Source: Dicyema japonicum (taxonomy: Eukaryota; Animalia; Dicyemida). From it: a DNA stretch of 64,000 nt. Location of the stretch: contig RDEW01000034.1 of the NCBI GenBank assembly GCA_011109175.1, forward strand, positions 517,556-581,555. Reading direction: 5' to 3'. The position numbers and the translations under genes are program-made. Of this stretch, positions 27,960-40,728 are shown in pieces; positions within the stretch are counted from its first letter, which is position 1, and every line of letters starts with the position of its first letter. Below the pieces are notes generated by a model. That model made no database searches. It worked only from the letters and a program-made list of their open reading frames with translations, and was not told the DNA's origin.

Positions 27960-29295
27960 CCATTAAGCCTGAAGTATTTTTCTAAAACTCGTAGTATATC
28001 TCTTCGTCTTTTAGCACCAGTGGCACCACTTATTCACCAGTGGGACCAGTGGCACAAATTTTTGCCCGAGAGTCTGTATTAATGATTGAACCTTAAATTT
28101 TTGAAAAAATGAAGTTTTATATCTCAACAAAGTTTGCTTTAAACCAGTCAAATTATGCAAACTGAAACAAGAACGAAGGCAAATTGAGAGAAAAATCAAA
28201 CTCCTAAGCAGACTACATCACACTAGTCAGTTGGAAAGCAAGATCAGAGAGGTAGAAAACCTTAAAGACAATGCTGCGACATTCATGGCTATACGACTAA
28301 TACGGAGGAAGAGCCAATCAGTGAAACTTATTTTGCATGACAGAAATGGAAAAACAATAGGAAATGTTGCAGAACAGACAGAGTTCATAGCATCGCATAT
28401 TGAACAACTGTTCTTTGTAAAAGGAGAAAAATCAGATTTCACGCCTAAGAACACAACACTTGAACGGATCATTTCACCGGAGGAGGTTTGCATGGCGATA
28501 AGGAAACTTAAATCTGGGCGCTCTCCAGGACCAGATAATATACCATCTGAATTGCTAAAATTTGGCCCTCCAGAACTTGCAGATAAACTCTCAAAATTGC
28601 TGAATGACATGATAGAAAACAAGGACTTTTCAGAAATTGGAAAGGGGATACTAGTACCAGTTCAAAAAGGTAATAAACCCCCTGGGCCAGTTGAAAACCT
28701 GCGCCCTGTCATCCTTCTAAACACCTTAAGGAAGATCCTTGCCCTAATTACTCTTAATCGGATCCAAGAGCCGGTGGACGGGTACTTGGCCCAGAGCCAG
28801 AGTGGTTTTAGGACAGGGAGATCAACGGCTGATGTAGTATGGTGCCATAGATGGCAATGTGCTATTCAACAAAGATTCCGGAGCTCAAAGACTATCCTTG
28901 GAATTGATCTGACCAGAGCTTTCGACACTGTCCGTCGGGGAAAACTCATTGAAGTGCTTGAAAGTTTCCTGGATAAGGACTCGGTTATTCTGATACGGAT
29001 ACTCTTATCAAACACGAGGTTACGAGTGCGTATTGGAAAATGTTTGTCACGGGAAATTATTTCAACAGTGGGCACACCCCAAGGAGATTCCCTTTCCCCA
29101 GTATTGTTTGCTATATACCTTGAATCGGCTCTGCAAGACCTCCGGAAGTATTACAACAATGATATTATGGAGATCGTGTATGCCGATGATGTTGACTTTA
29201 TCTCGACTGACAAAGAAGCACTCTTACGTCTCTTGGAGGTTGCATCAGGCTGTTTGGCCAAATGGTGTCTATCACTGAATGTTCAGAAAACGTAT
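27960..29295 (+). mobile_element. RTE-clade LINE with RT domain, truncated by a hAT remnant
   Basis: ORF 28231: GRSPGPDNI, LRPVILL, QSGFR, GIDLTRAFD, GTPQGDSLSP, YADD. Confidence 0.93.
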
Positions 29296-29329
29296 ATAAT
29301 TATTTTAATTAAACAGGTGAGTTTTCTTG

Positions 29330-30008
29330 TAGCATGTTGTGGAAAATACAATTGCGAAAATCTTATAGAGCCATGTTCAAAAAAGATCATCCGTACAGAA
29401 GATGGTTGTCACGTGGAAAGGTATTGGAACGTTTGTCCGAATTACGAAACGAATTTATTGTGTTTCTTAAGAAACGAAATTTTCCAATTTACAAAAATTT
29501 GGAAACAATCTTTGGTTACAGATAATTGCATATTTGGTTTCAATTTATGATAAACTGAATAAATTTACATTATCGCACAAGGAAAATATCAAACTGTTTG
29601 TACTTTGAACGATAAAGTAATGGCTTTAAAACGTATAATCGAATTTTGGTGGCTATCCGTAAATAAAAATAACATTACATGCTTTACCATTTTGCAAGAG
29701 TATCTTGATGAATCAAATGCGGATTGGACGATACAGTACTTCAGGACATCAAAGATCATTTGGTAATTTTGGATGATTACATTGCAAAATATTTTTTGGA
29801 TAAATTTGACATTTTATTGATTTGAGACCAGAATCAACGTCAAATCCGATATATAAAATGAATCCCTTTTTAATTTTTGGAGAGCATACATTTCAAAATA
29901 TCCTGATATCTCCGAAAAGGCTATACGTACACTATTACCTTTTCTGACGACTTACTCATGCGAGTGAGGGTTTTCAATATATACATCTACCAAAACAAAA
30001 TATAGAAC
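29330..30008 (+). mobile_element. hAT (Buster/Charlie, ZBED5-like) transposase pseudogene
   Basis: RRWLSRGKVLERLSELRNE; LQGK..DKV; dimerisation domain FWRAYISKYPDISEKAIRTLLPFLTTYSCE*GFS..TKTKYR. Confidence 0.88.
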
Positions 30009-30099
30009 TTAAGACCCAAACTAACCCCTCTGAATTCAGAGAATACCTATACAAAGAGCTCGAGGGATATCGATGGAATTACCGCCCCAGTCACATGCA

Positions 30100-30870
30100 A
30101 CTTATTAAAGAGGAGGATAGGAGACATGTATCTGTCAAAGAAAAACCATACGCCTGAAAACAAAGAATAGGATAATCGACCAGATTAAAGTAATTAAAAG
30201 CCTCAAGGACTACGGAATGTAATGAGGCCGTTAGATAAATTTGAGGCAAAGTACTGAATTACCCAGTAACTTTACGGTACATGCAAATGAGACAAATCGT
30301 GGATCAATTGGAAATGGCGGAGCTTATCGCTGACCACTTCGGAAATTTATTAAAATCAATCGATCACAATAGAATTGGAATTGTTCATGAAGAGGACGAA
30401 TTTCAAAAAGAAATTCCTCCACAAGAAGAACAGGTTGCAAGCTAATAATTGAAAAATGACAAGAGCCCATGCCTGGAAGGTCTCAATGACGAATTCTTCA
30501 AATATGGAAAACAAAGACTGAACGAAAGCAACGCTCGTATCTTAAACGAAATCTACAGAGACACATCCCACTACCGTTGGGAGACACATATTACTCTTCC
30601 TACCATATCGGCTTCTGTAAGATCAGATTGATCTCTGATGTTTCGTGTAGCCACAAGTGGAGGTGCCCAATAATCAAAATGTTCCAAGTTATGACGACCA
30701 TTCTTGGGATCGACATGTTAAAGTGTTTCGACTCGGGAAATCAGCGGAATTTGTCACGTCTTTGAAGGCTTCCTTGATAGTTCCACAGTCAGGCTAATTA
30801 AGATACTCCTAACAGACACGTACCTGAATGTGAGGATCAGTAGAACCTGCTAAATGGATTCGAGACAACG
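30100..30870 (+). mobile_element. Degraded RTE fragment
   Basis: LKNDKSPCLEGLNDEFFKYG; TILGIDMLKCFD; LIKILL. Homologous to ORF 28231. Confidence 0.75.
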
Positions 30871-32869
30871 CTATTAATCCAAGACAAATGTTTTTGATTT
30901 TTGTTCTTTTCCTTTTGTTTGTATGAGTCCCAGGAGACAATAAGTTATTGTTAGCCACCGGTTAAATTAATTATTGTTAACAGCTAATTAATGTGTACAG
31001 TTCATTAAGTCCTTCCAATGTCACATAAGCCTATAGAAAGTAGAGAGTCCTTGTAGTAGATCCTCAGTAGAATAAAAAAGAAATTGCTAATCTAAATGAT
31101 AACACTTCCCTTTCAAGGTTCATAAGAAAATGTTTTCAATGACCCAGGTTCTCTTTCCTTCCATGAAGGTAATATTGTTAAGAGGGCAGGATTACGTAAA
31201 CGTTCCCTCTGATCACCGCTATTTCGAGCCTCTGCCTAACCCAAGGTCCTTTGAGGGATTCGTATCTCTTGGATGCGAATTATGTTAATTAGAATTATGC
31301 AAAATATTAGATAATTTATTCACATAATAATTAAATAATCACAAATATATAAAATAGCTCAAATACAGAGATTCATAAATAATTTAATATTCAATAACTT
31401 TATTCGTAAAAGTCAAACATAATTTATTAAAATTTATTGTTTCGTAAAAATGTGTGAGATTATAACCAGAAAAGTCAATTAAAAACAGTTCGCGATAAAT
31501 GACCAGTGCAGTTATTCACCTTAACAACTGAAACACGTGATTTTTTGGGTAGAATATAACTCTAGCCATCCACAGAATAATTATAGGTTGCTATACAAAT
31601 ATAACAAAAATATTTCATATCAAAATTGAAAACATGCTGAGTGTTTTATAGTTCAATTCCCGAACAAATCTCTCTGATTATTTTGTGAGAATAACTATTT
31701 ATTTCCAAAGATGAAGATGGAATTTAAATCCAGGAAATATAGAAATTAACAAAACTTACATTTCATGTTGTAATCAAAAATGTCGTAACATGGATATATT
31801 CATATTTATAGAATATTGGGCCTAAATATATCTGCCGAAATCAGAATAATGTCAAATTACATAAGAATAATGGATCCATGATTTATTACATATGCAGTCT
31901 TGTATGTTTAATATTAGTCGTTTAATCGATTCGAATTAATCGAAATAAAAATTTAAAATACAAAATTGAACTTTATCTTTTTTCTTCTCTTAGCAAGTTT
32001 CTTCTCTAAGCGAACTGTCGTGATATTTTTGTGTTCTCTTTTCAGCCAAAATGAAAGTTGATTTGTTTCGTCTTTCATATCACATAAAGTCGTCATTTGA
32101 ATATTTTACCGGCATAAGATAAATATTGAATTCTATGAAAATTTAATTCCACCACAGGATTCAATCTTACAGTCTTAAATATAAAAAACCCATGTTTTTC
32201 ATCAAAGTAGACTTTTCCAACTTGTTCTTCTTTCTCCTGGTCGAACTGTAAATTTGTGAATCCAATACTTTCTTGGCTACAGTTTTCCAATTTGTGATAA
32301 GCGATATCATCATAAGGAGACATTAAGTGTACCAGACCAACCTAAGTGCACCAGAGTTAAATTAACAGGAAACCTTCTGACCCATTAATATGTTAGCTTT
32401 CCTAATAAAACAAAAATATAAATATTATTAACTAAACTGCGCTGGTTTGAAATTATTATTATTTCTAGGATACACTATAGATTCATAAGTGTTACTAGCT
32501 TAGACAATTCTTAGTTGTTTGACTATTTTCTAATCTTAATTAATTATAGTATTCTTACACGTGTTTTCAGCTCTGTTCTCAACGAAGAATCTGGTCAATT
32601 TATTTTCGTACAGTTGTAGAGAAAGTCAAACTACCTATGTCGAGGCATACTATGGAAGGATAATTGTCTTAAAGATTGATAGCTTTCATTCTAAGTGGAT
32701 ATACTGGAAGAGGTAAAGAGTTATTACATTTAATAAGTTATATTCAGGAAAGAGAAGTCTTCTGAATTCCGACCTGAACATCTTACAACATTTGTTCATT
32801 AATGAACATTTTAGTTATATTATACGCACTTTCATAACAAGTTACGAAAAATGTGAAACAGAGAAATCA

Positions 32870-33455
32870 AATTACTAGTTAACCTCCAGAGGTAATGGCA
32901 AGAGGTAGGATGGCGTAACAACCATGCCATTGAGGAGGTTTCTCGCCTGGATTCAAAGTGTACTGACACTTTCTCTAATGGGAATTTTCTGGGGGTCGCA
33001 TATTGCCCACTAATGACCTTCAGCAAACATGTAAGCAACGTCATCTTCTCTTCCTAGCGAAAACAAAAATTTGTAAAAACGCTACTTGGATACTACAAAA
33101 GATGTTTCCACCCAACAGTAAAACATCTCTAATCCAAATATATACTACAGGGGGTAACCTGTCCTATACCAATCTAAAAAAATAAACTCCTTCCAAGAGA
33201 TAGTAACGAGGGCCCTACAAAAATCCTCATCCGTGCCACTAAAGCCAACCCCGTTCGAGGAACTCGTGAGGAGAACGGAAGCCCAGTCGAATCCTCAAAA
33301 CTTCCGAAAAGTGATTCTTCCATAAGGAAATGTGTCGGCTCTCGGGAGGAAACCGAGAAATGATGAGGCGGTTGCCTAAGGAGGTTGTGATCACCTGCCA
33401 GCCCCAACTTTCTTTTATTTTGTTTGTGATTCTTGGTTTAAATAAATAAATAAAT
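32870..33455 (+). mobile_element. 5'-truncated LINE 3' part
   Basis: ILGVAYCPLMTFSKHV; tail TTGGTTTAAATAAATAAAT. A related fragment lies at about 33530-33625. Confidence 0.75.
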
Positions 33456-33624
33456 GTAGAAAAGATCCTAAATTAATAGAATGTGTTTATCATAGGTATA
33501 AATCATATCTAAGTTGAACTATTCACGCCTGTTATCTCCTGACTTCATATCTCAGGGGACGGAGGAGGTTTCTTGCATGGGATTCAAAGTGCACTTACAC
33601 TTTCTCTAGTGGGAATTTTCTCAG

Positions 33625-33860
33625 GTCATCCTTGTGAGCGAATTCCTCAGCAGCACTGTTGAAGACTTGAAATGAAGGAAGTACCATGACATTAGTTACC
33701 AGTTCGTTTTCCAGTCGATCTCCGTTGAGACGTCTAGTGTTATTGGCCGATCATGTCTAAGATTATCAGGCTAATCGGACGCTTGAGGAGCAGCGGAAGG
33801 GGGAGACTAGAATGAGACAATGGGCCCTCGCGATTATGAGGTAACTGATTGCGTGAAAGG
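33625..33860 (+). mobile_element. CRE-clade REL remnant
   Basis: EDLK.RKY..SISVETSSVIG. Confidence 0.6.
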
Positions 33861-33976
33861 GTGTCAAAATATAATTTAATATTTATAATATTCCATGAAT
33901 TAATGATTGACGTTAATGTAGACTCAAATAATTAATATCACTAAGGAACAGAATTCTATAGATCACTAAATTTAGA

Positions 33977-35910
33977 ATGTCCAAGGGAAATGACTCAGAG
34001 ATGACTTCAAAGGGAGAAAGTACAGCTTTACGAAGATTAACATAGGCAATAAAAATTCCGTGGCAATTCAAAGCGATAAAACGACGAATGAAAAATCCAC
34101 TGGAATTGGCTTTGTGAATAAAACGACGGGGGTGAAATATTACAATAATGGAGTTCAAACAGACCCAAAGCCAATTCCCTTACATTCGGTGGACCGACAT
34201 GAGAAAGACACTCAGACTGTGGAAATACAAAATGAGTAAGCAAAACGAGACATATTAGTGCCGTACAAACTTTTCAAAATGCCAGCACTCAAATGGACGG
34301 AATTGGAGTCTATATGAGTAAGAGTCACTCCAAGTTTGTGAGACCTAAGCCTTACATGAGCTTTGAAGAAATAGAAAAAAACAAGATCCGTGCGGTTGGT
34401 CGTTAAATAGACGCTAAGATCGTCACCATTCAAAAATATGTACGTCGGTGGATTAGCATTGCATATGTGGAGGAATTGAGGAGGAAGAAAGCTGAACGAC
34501 TAAAATGGGAGGAAGAACAGGAACAGAAGCTAATTTTTGAGAAACAAGAAAAGATCCGACGAGACTACGCGCGAAGAATGAACCCAAAGACAACCAAGGA
34601 CTTTGATTTGCTGTACAATCTGCTAGAAAGTTTATTTCTGCCTAATCTCCTCTCAGAGTGGAAATTAGAGCAAATAGATTTGATAAATGAAGAAAGCGAA
34701 AACATTGCGGACAAGAAGGCTCAGCTTTATGAGCTCAACCTACAGCACGTGGCTTTAATTCAGTCAATTGATCGTCGACGGGTGGCTGTAATGCAGGAAC
34801 AGAAAGTCAGCAACCAGAAAAAGTTGTTTAACAAAGTAAAGTGTAATTACACCAAACAGGCTTCCGAACCAATGAAGTGGGATATCAGTAATGGTGGAGT
34901 ATGCCACGTGGATAACGCCTACACAATCAGAGCACGTGAACTCAATAATATATTTTCTTCCATTAATCTGCAGTATTTGACGAATAACGAACGATTGGGT
35001 GCCTTGTTGACTTTGAAAAAGACAGTTTCTGTATTACATGAGGTTACTGGGGATTCTATGAATACGACTCGAAGCTTGGGAGAGAAATCACCAATTTGGT
35101 GGATAGAGAGGCGTCGCTGCTACTGCGTGGAATAGATGTTGAAAAGCTGAAAGGTCTTCGACTAAGAATATCAAATTTGTTAGTTCGGTTCATGGAGAGT
35201 CCGTTGTTCAATCCCCGGATAGCCGAATTTACCAGGGTTGATGGTAACTTTATGCCAAGAATCAACACGATGAGACCTGTTTCGTCAAAAATTTATTTTG
35301 TTGCTCCAATTGCGGGAGATATGGAGGTTCTAAGGAGTTTGTCCTCTCAAATGCTTCTGATTCTATAAACAGATGCATAAGATGTGCTCAGATTGATAAC
35401 TTGGCGACAAAGAGAGTCTACCTATACCATTATTCAATCATCCTGAGGGAGTTAAAAGTTGAGGAAGAAAAGTACAAGGGGGAGGTCAAGCTGGTTCATG
35501 CTATAAAGGTAGTTTCTGCTTTTATATGCAGGAATGCGACTTTCACTATCTCATTGACAGTATCTGGCACTCTCGGAGTATATTTAGCGGCCATGGGGAT
35601 ATTTTCGATTTGTGCACTGTCAGATGGGATAAACGGAAAGCGTGGTCTCCGTGGAACTGTTTGGTTGTCACAAAACGAGAGGCCAATTCTCACCGTCAGA
35701 TCACGGAAATAGAATCAGTTTTTGAATTTCGTTCAATTTTAGTGCTACTCGAAGGATATGATTGACAAGGTCATATACAAGCACATTCTAGCATTGAGAT
35801 ACTTTAAAAAACTACCCACTAATGAAAGCCTTCTACGGACTCCGAATGATCTGGAAAACTCTGAGGTCCTAACAATTGGAGGCAAAAGCCTCGCTACACA
35901 GACAAATTAA
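33977..35910 (+). CDS. IQUB: IQ and ubiquitin-like domain-containing protein (motile-cilium radial spoke), multi-exon
   Basis: GFVNKTTGVKYYNNGVQT, ASTQM..IGVY, IQ motif IVTIQKYVRRW, RRMNPKT..DFDLLY, TIRAREL, ERLGALLTLKKTV, PLFNPRIA, VRWDKRKAWSPWNC. Introns of 23-26 nt. Confidence 0.95.
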
Positions 35911-36001
35911 TCACTAAAACATTAATTTTTTATGAAATTCAGTCAAAAATACTTAAATTAAATTCAAAAACTAATTAACATCTAATTAAGAGTAAACAAA
36001 C

Positions 36002-36720
36002 TTAACATCTTCTTTTGGCTCCAGGATTGGTCATTTCCCAAGATCTTTTTCTTCCATCACTCGTCTCTGGCTCATTGTTCGACTTTTCAAGCACGTTATC
36101 AGTCTCAGTGGGGATCATTTCATAGTCCTCCTGTTCCTCGGTTTTATCAGAAATATTGTGAGGATATCTACTCTTATCCAAAGCTTCGTAATTAAATTTC
36201 CATTTCTCCGTCTCATGATTGGAAAAAATAAATCATCTGGGAAAATTTCGTTATCTTGAGTTTTAATTTCATGTTTAACATTCCAGTTTTCTAGAGCTTT
36301 TCTTTATCCACTCAAAATTTCTCAAATGAGGAGGTAAAGTCGATTAAAAAAACTTTCAACAGTTTGGTAATTTTAGCTTCAATTATAATACCCTACAGGA
36401 CAGAATGCTTAAAACAAATCACCTTTTGGAGAAGGATTTTTATTCCAGTTCATTAAGTACGAATCATCAGCGATTTTAGAACCAACACAAGCAAGTGTGT
36501 TCGTCGATTTTGAACTACCTATATAAAAGGCGCAAAGTTCCTAAAAGTTTTCCGGTAGCAAAAAAGAGGAGAGACGGCCGAAAGGAAAAACCTCTGATTG
36601 AGTGGACTTGCATACAAATCTTATTTCCTTCAAGCATGTGAACGCTGCCAAACAATTATAGTGTCTATTATCCTGATCAATATCATAAATATTCTGGAAT
36701 TGACTACTGACGGTAATAGT
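36002..36720 (-). other. Possible uncharacterised gene or pseudogene between IQUB and VPS52
   Basis: About 100-codon open acidic frame ending KRSWEMTNPGAKRRC* plus upstream spliceable frames. No clean ATG-to-stop model found. Confidence 0.3.
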
Positions 36721-36787
36721 TTATGTTATTTCCTCAATAAATAGAATAATAGCTGTTAATATAAATAAATCACATTCCCCAATACAA

Positions 36788-39532
36788 TCATAAGTTTTTC
36801 TTATGTCGTTTAATCTGGACAATAACATTATGAACAGATATAATATCACCAGAAACCCCCATCCGACCAGCCAATGAGTAAAATCGAGTATAATAGTCTA
36901 CCAATAAAGCCAAAGTTGCCTAAATCAGAGAAACCACATACTTTCAAAATATTAGACCCATTCGTGAAATTGGAGAAAGACCGAGTGACCTCAGAACAGA
37001 TCCGTTCGATTGAGGACTTCCAATAAGTATTGAAATGCTTAACCACCCGGTTTAAGACAGCAGTAAAGTTCCCATCTTTAAATGGCTAAATATAACTACC
37101 AATCTCTTCAGTATTGTCGTACATCTTTACGAAGGATATTAGGTCAGAAAAAAAAGTCAAGAGGATCTCCTCACTGTATTTCTCAGAAAGCTTGTCTAGT
37201 TTTTCCTGACAAGCTTGTAATTCTTTACTGCTCGTCACGTGTGACTAAAAATAAAATCATTTAAAAGTAAATAAAATGAAAACAATAATTTAAAATTTAA
37301 TAAAAAAGAAATAAAATAAAAAAACCGTCAAAATGGAATTGACGACGTCGTAGTTGTTAATAGAAAGCGATAACTGGTCTATCATCTTAGAGAACTGTCC
37401 CGATAACCTCTTAACAAGGGCGTCAGTCAGAGTCCACAGTTGGTCGATGTAGACATATAAATTCTGGGAGAACCCACGACTATTTATGCAAGTCAATGAG
37501 GCTAGTAACTCCCCACACCGTCTGATAACGAAAAATGGGGAATTCACGGAACACTCCATCATCCCAGGACTCCGCATATCAAAGTTCCGCAAACTGTCCA
37601 AATTCTGACTGAAAAGTTGTACAAATCTCTCCCAGAACATCTGATAGGCTGAAAGCCAGTACCTAAGACTCAAACCAATGGGTACCCGTCCAGTGAGTAG
37701 AGTCGGCTGTCGTCCCCAAATTGTTTGAGTTTTACCAAGATTTGAGAACATAGAAGCATCCCAATAACGTCGGAGGAACCGGCCACATGGTTAGCCATGG
37801 ATTTCTATGGATGAGTATAGAGACAACGAGATAGTATTGTAATGTGGTATCGATGATGTTAATGTGAAGTACTGATGTTAGTTTGTTATCCCTTAGTAGG
37901 AAAAAGTCATTCAAGAAGACATATTCCCGTTCATAATTAGCCAGTAAGGCATATTGCTCACTCCGTAGTAATACCTCGTAGTTATGCTAACAAATTAAAA
38001 TAATAAGGGATAAAAATTCAATATTTGCTAATAACATTATGAAGATCATATTGATAACAAATTTACATTAAAATAGACCATAATTGAGTACTTATGGGCA
38101 CAAAGTATAGTGATAATAAAATTCGTAACCATTCAATAAAAACAGCAAATTATTATAAAAAATATTCACAACACAGCTGAATTAATTTAATTAAAAATAG
38201 TAATAATAATAAATTAACAACAAAAAATAATTTTAAATATTTATTTAATTTAAATAAATAAAAGATATAAAAATAAATACGCTAATTTTGTTGTTTTTGT
38301 CAATATAGGGTACAATGGCCTGCCCATAATATCATTCAACACATCATCCCTTCTATCAAGAGCAAACAGAGAAACCCCACCCTGAGTACTCCCAGTCATG
38401 TCTAATTTACAATATAAATTACTTTTACGTCGCTCTTTAATAGTCCCCAACAGAATCTTCCCACTAGACCGGTTATTCACTGTCTAATCATTAATAAGCA
38501 AATGAACGATCAGTTCTGAGAGAGCATGACTGTAGGCTTTGAAATACGAGTAATACAAACATTTCATCGTATTCGTGTACTCATCCAATATTTTGGTAGC
38601 CATGGGTGTTTTATGGCAAAATATAAAACTGTATAAATCCCTAAAATATCAGAGTTCAAAATACCTGTGTTCCATGAAAACCTCCTGCAAATATTGGTAA
38701 TTTGTTAGCGTTTTTCGAAGCTCGTAGATTTTTGACAGCAAAAAATCGTTGATTCTTAAAGAAACCTGAGGATTGTATAATCAGAAATACCTGTTTTGTT
38801 AAATTGTCAAATATTTCGACGGCATCGTTAAAGGCTTTAGGTTTAGGCTCTTCAAAATCACTTATAAATAAAATTTTTCTGTCCAAAGCTTTTAACTCCT
38901 TCTTGAAGACATCACTCCTCACGGGAGACTCAAATAGAATACTATTAAATTAAACAATTAATTATTTAGTCGCCAAATATACAATAAATATTTTTTAATA
39001 AACTAAATTTAAAAAATACTTAATCATTTCCCAAGTAACGGTAATCTCGTCAAGAATAGGGCTTAGTTTATCTGAGATTTCCTCACAATTCTTCTTCAAA
39101 GATTGTATTCCTTGTGATTGTGTTTGTAGGGTTGAGATCTCTTCGCTTAGATTATCAATATTATCCAGGAATCCGTTTAGAAAGTCCTCTATTTTCTTAG
39201 AGATCACATGTATATGATACCTCGAGGACCTGGTCGCACTCCTTTATTCTGTTCCTAACCTTTTCCACGTGTTCCGACTGATTTAAGTCTGAAATTAATA
39301 TTTTGATTTAACAAATTTGAATTGCCATATCCTCGGATTTTTCTAACCGCTTGTTCGCCTCCTGAATGTACTCATCCAAGTTTATGTCCTATAATGATTT
39401 TTACAGGGAAACGGATTTCAGTGAAAACTCCATTACTTCTTTTGAGATTACCTCATCGACGTTTTCTTTAATAATTCACTAATCACTACCTTCGAATAGT
39501 CCCAATAGTTCATTGTCACTATCAGTAATCAT
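36788..39532 (-). CDS. VPS52: Vacuolar protein sorting 52 (GARP/EARP subunit), multi-exon
   Basis: Spliced N-terminus RIKECDQVLE|KIEDFLNGF..ISTLQTQS; LLRSEQYALL..REYVFLNDFF; WERF..INNYD; WKSSIERICSEVTRSFSNFTNG; ISVHNVIVQIKRHKKNL*. Alternative ATG at 39554. Confidence 0.92.
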
Positions 39533-39629
39533 TACCACTAGAATGGACTGACATAATTTACTTAATAAATTTTATTAATTTGTTCTATTTTATTAATTAG
39601 TTTTAAACTAAAAATTTAAATTACACAAG

Positions 39630-40310
39630 ATGGTCTCTATTATTGAACACTTCGAAAACTGATATGGTCGAGATCAAGCGGATGGAACGCATTACCAAAA
39701 ACTTGAGGAAGACCATAAAATTTGACTCGCTTCTTGGGGACTGTCAAGACATTGTGAGAAGGAAATTGTTATCTACTGTGATCATGGAAAAGCTTTTGAA
39801 AGGTTGGATCTAAAGGCGTCCTATTTGCCGATCATTCTGACTCAGATTGTATGAGGCTTTCGTGAAATTGATCCTACGTACAACTTTGGAAAATGGAGTA
39901 TCTCGAAAACCGACGGACGAAGGCTCGACACTCCTTTCATAGGAAGCAACTTCGTTCTCCTTTGGAACTAAAGTGTCAATGGGTGTAAGAAGTGAAGCAT
40001 TGTACAAAAGATGATGCTCTGTGCCGCTGAGTACCCTCATCGTGAAGATGCACTAGAAACTGTTTGATCGCAAGAATGGAGCGTGATACGCCAGCAAACA
40101 TCATCATGGAAGAATTCTTTGAAACATCTGGGGAAAAGTTCTGAGGCTTTTCCGAAGTCCTTAATGAAGATTTGAAACTAGTAAACAGAGCACTAAGGGA
40201 CGGTGCAGACCTCATTAGTCTGCTGAGTCTGGCATCAAATAGGAGAGGGTGGGAGAGACTAGTATCAAGGATCATACAAACGCTGCAGGAGTGGAATTAT
40301 AATAATAAAG
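39630..40310 (+). mobile_element. RTE-clade 3' fragment
   Basis: SLLG..DIVRRK; TPANIIMEEFF; LSLASNRRGWERLV. Confidence 0.8.
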
Positions 40311-40728
40311 TTTCTAATCTGATATGATTCTATGATTAGAGTTTCAAAACATTTCAAAAACCTCTCGTATGTGCCTTTCTCTGGATATCATGTTAAAGGC
40401 AACTTGACATCTCCATAGTTTGTCATATAAAAACTTATTCTGAATAAACTCTTTGCACAAATATGCCGTCTGGAGTAGTACGTGGAGATAAAGTGTCATT
40501 GGTTTCAACTTATGTTTGAACAAAGCATAATGAAGACACGGTCTTCCTTCAGTAAAAGATTATTGTTTTTCTCGATATAGTCTTTCGAAATAAGTGCTCT
40601 AAGCTAACTGCTGGAAAGAAATAGCATCATTTTTTTTATAATTTAACATTTTAATTATTTAATTAAAATTATTTGAGTATCGCGTCCGTGAGAAGGATTG
40701 AAAGTTTTCTAATTTGTATTAAATATTA

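Noticed and set aside
28231-29550. 439-aa ORF as an intact RTE protein
   Set aside because: Chimeric: RTE similarity stops near 29295 and the rest reads off-frame through the hAT remnant.
31950-32830. Possible host genes (ORF 32093..32323 minus; spliceable frames near 32570-32790 plus)
   Set aside because: No recognisable family and no complete model.
32870-33040. Apparent 5' inversion (twin priming) in a LINE
   Set aside because: On re-translation the segment is collinear on the plus strand.
36845-37800. GC-richer segment first suspected to be a LINE inside VPS52
   Set aside because: It translates as the VPS52 middle and C-terminal exons.
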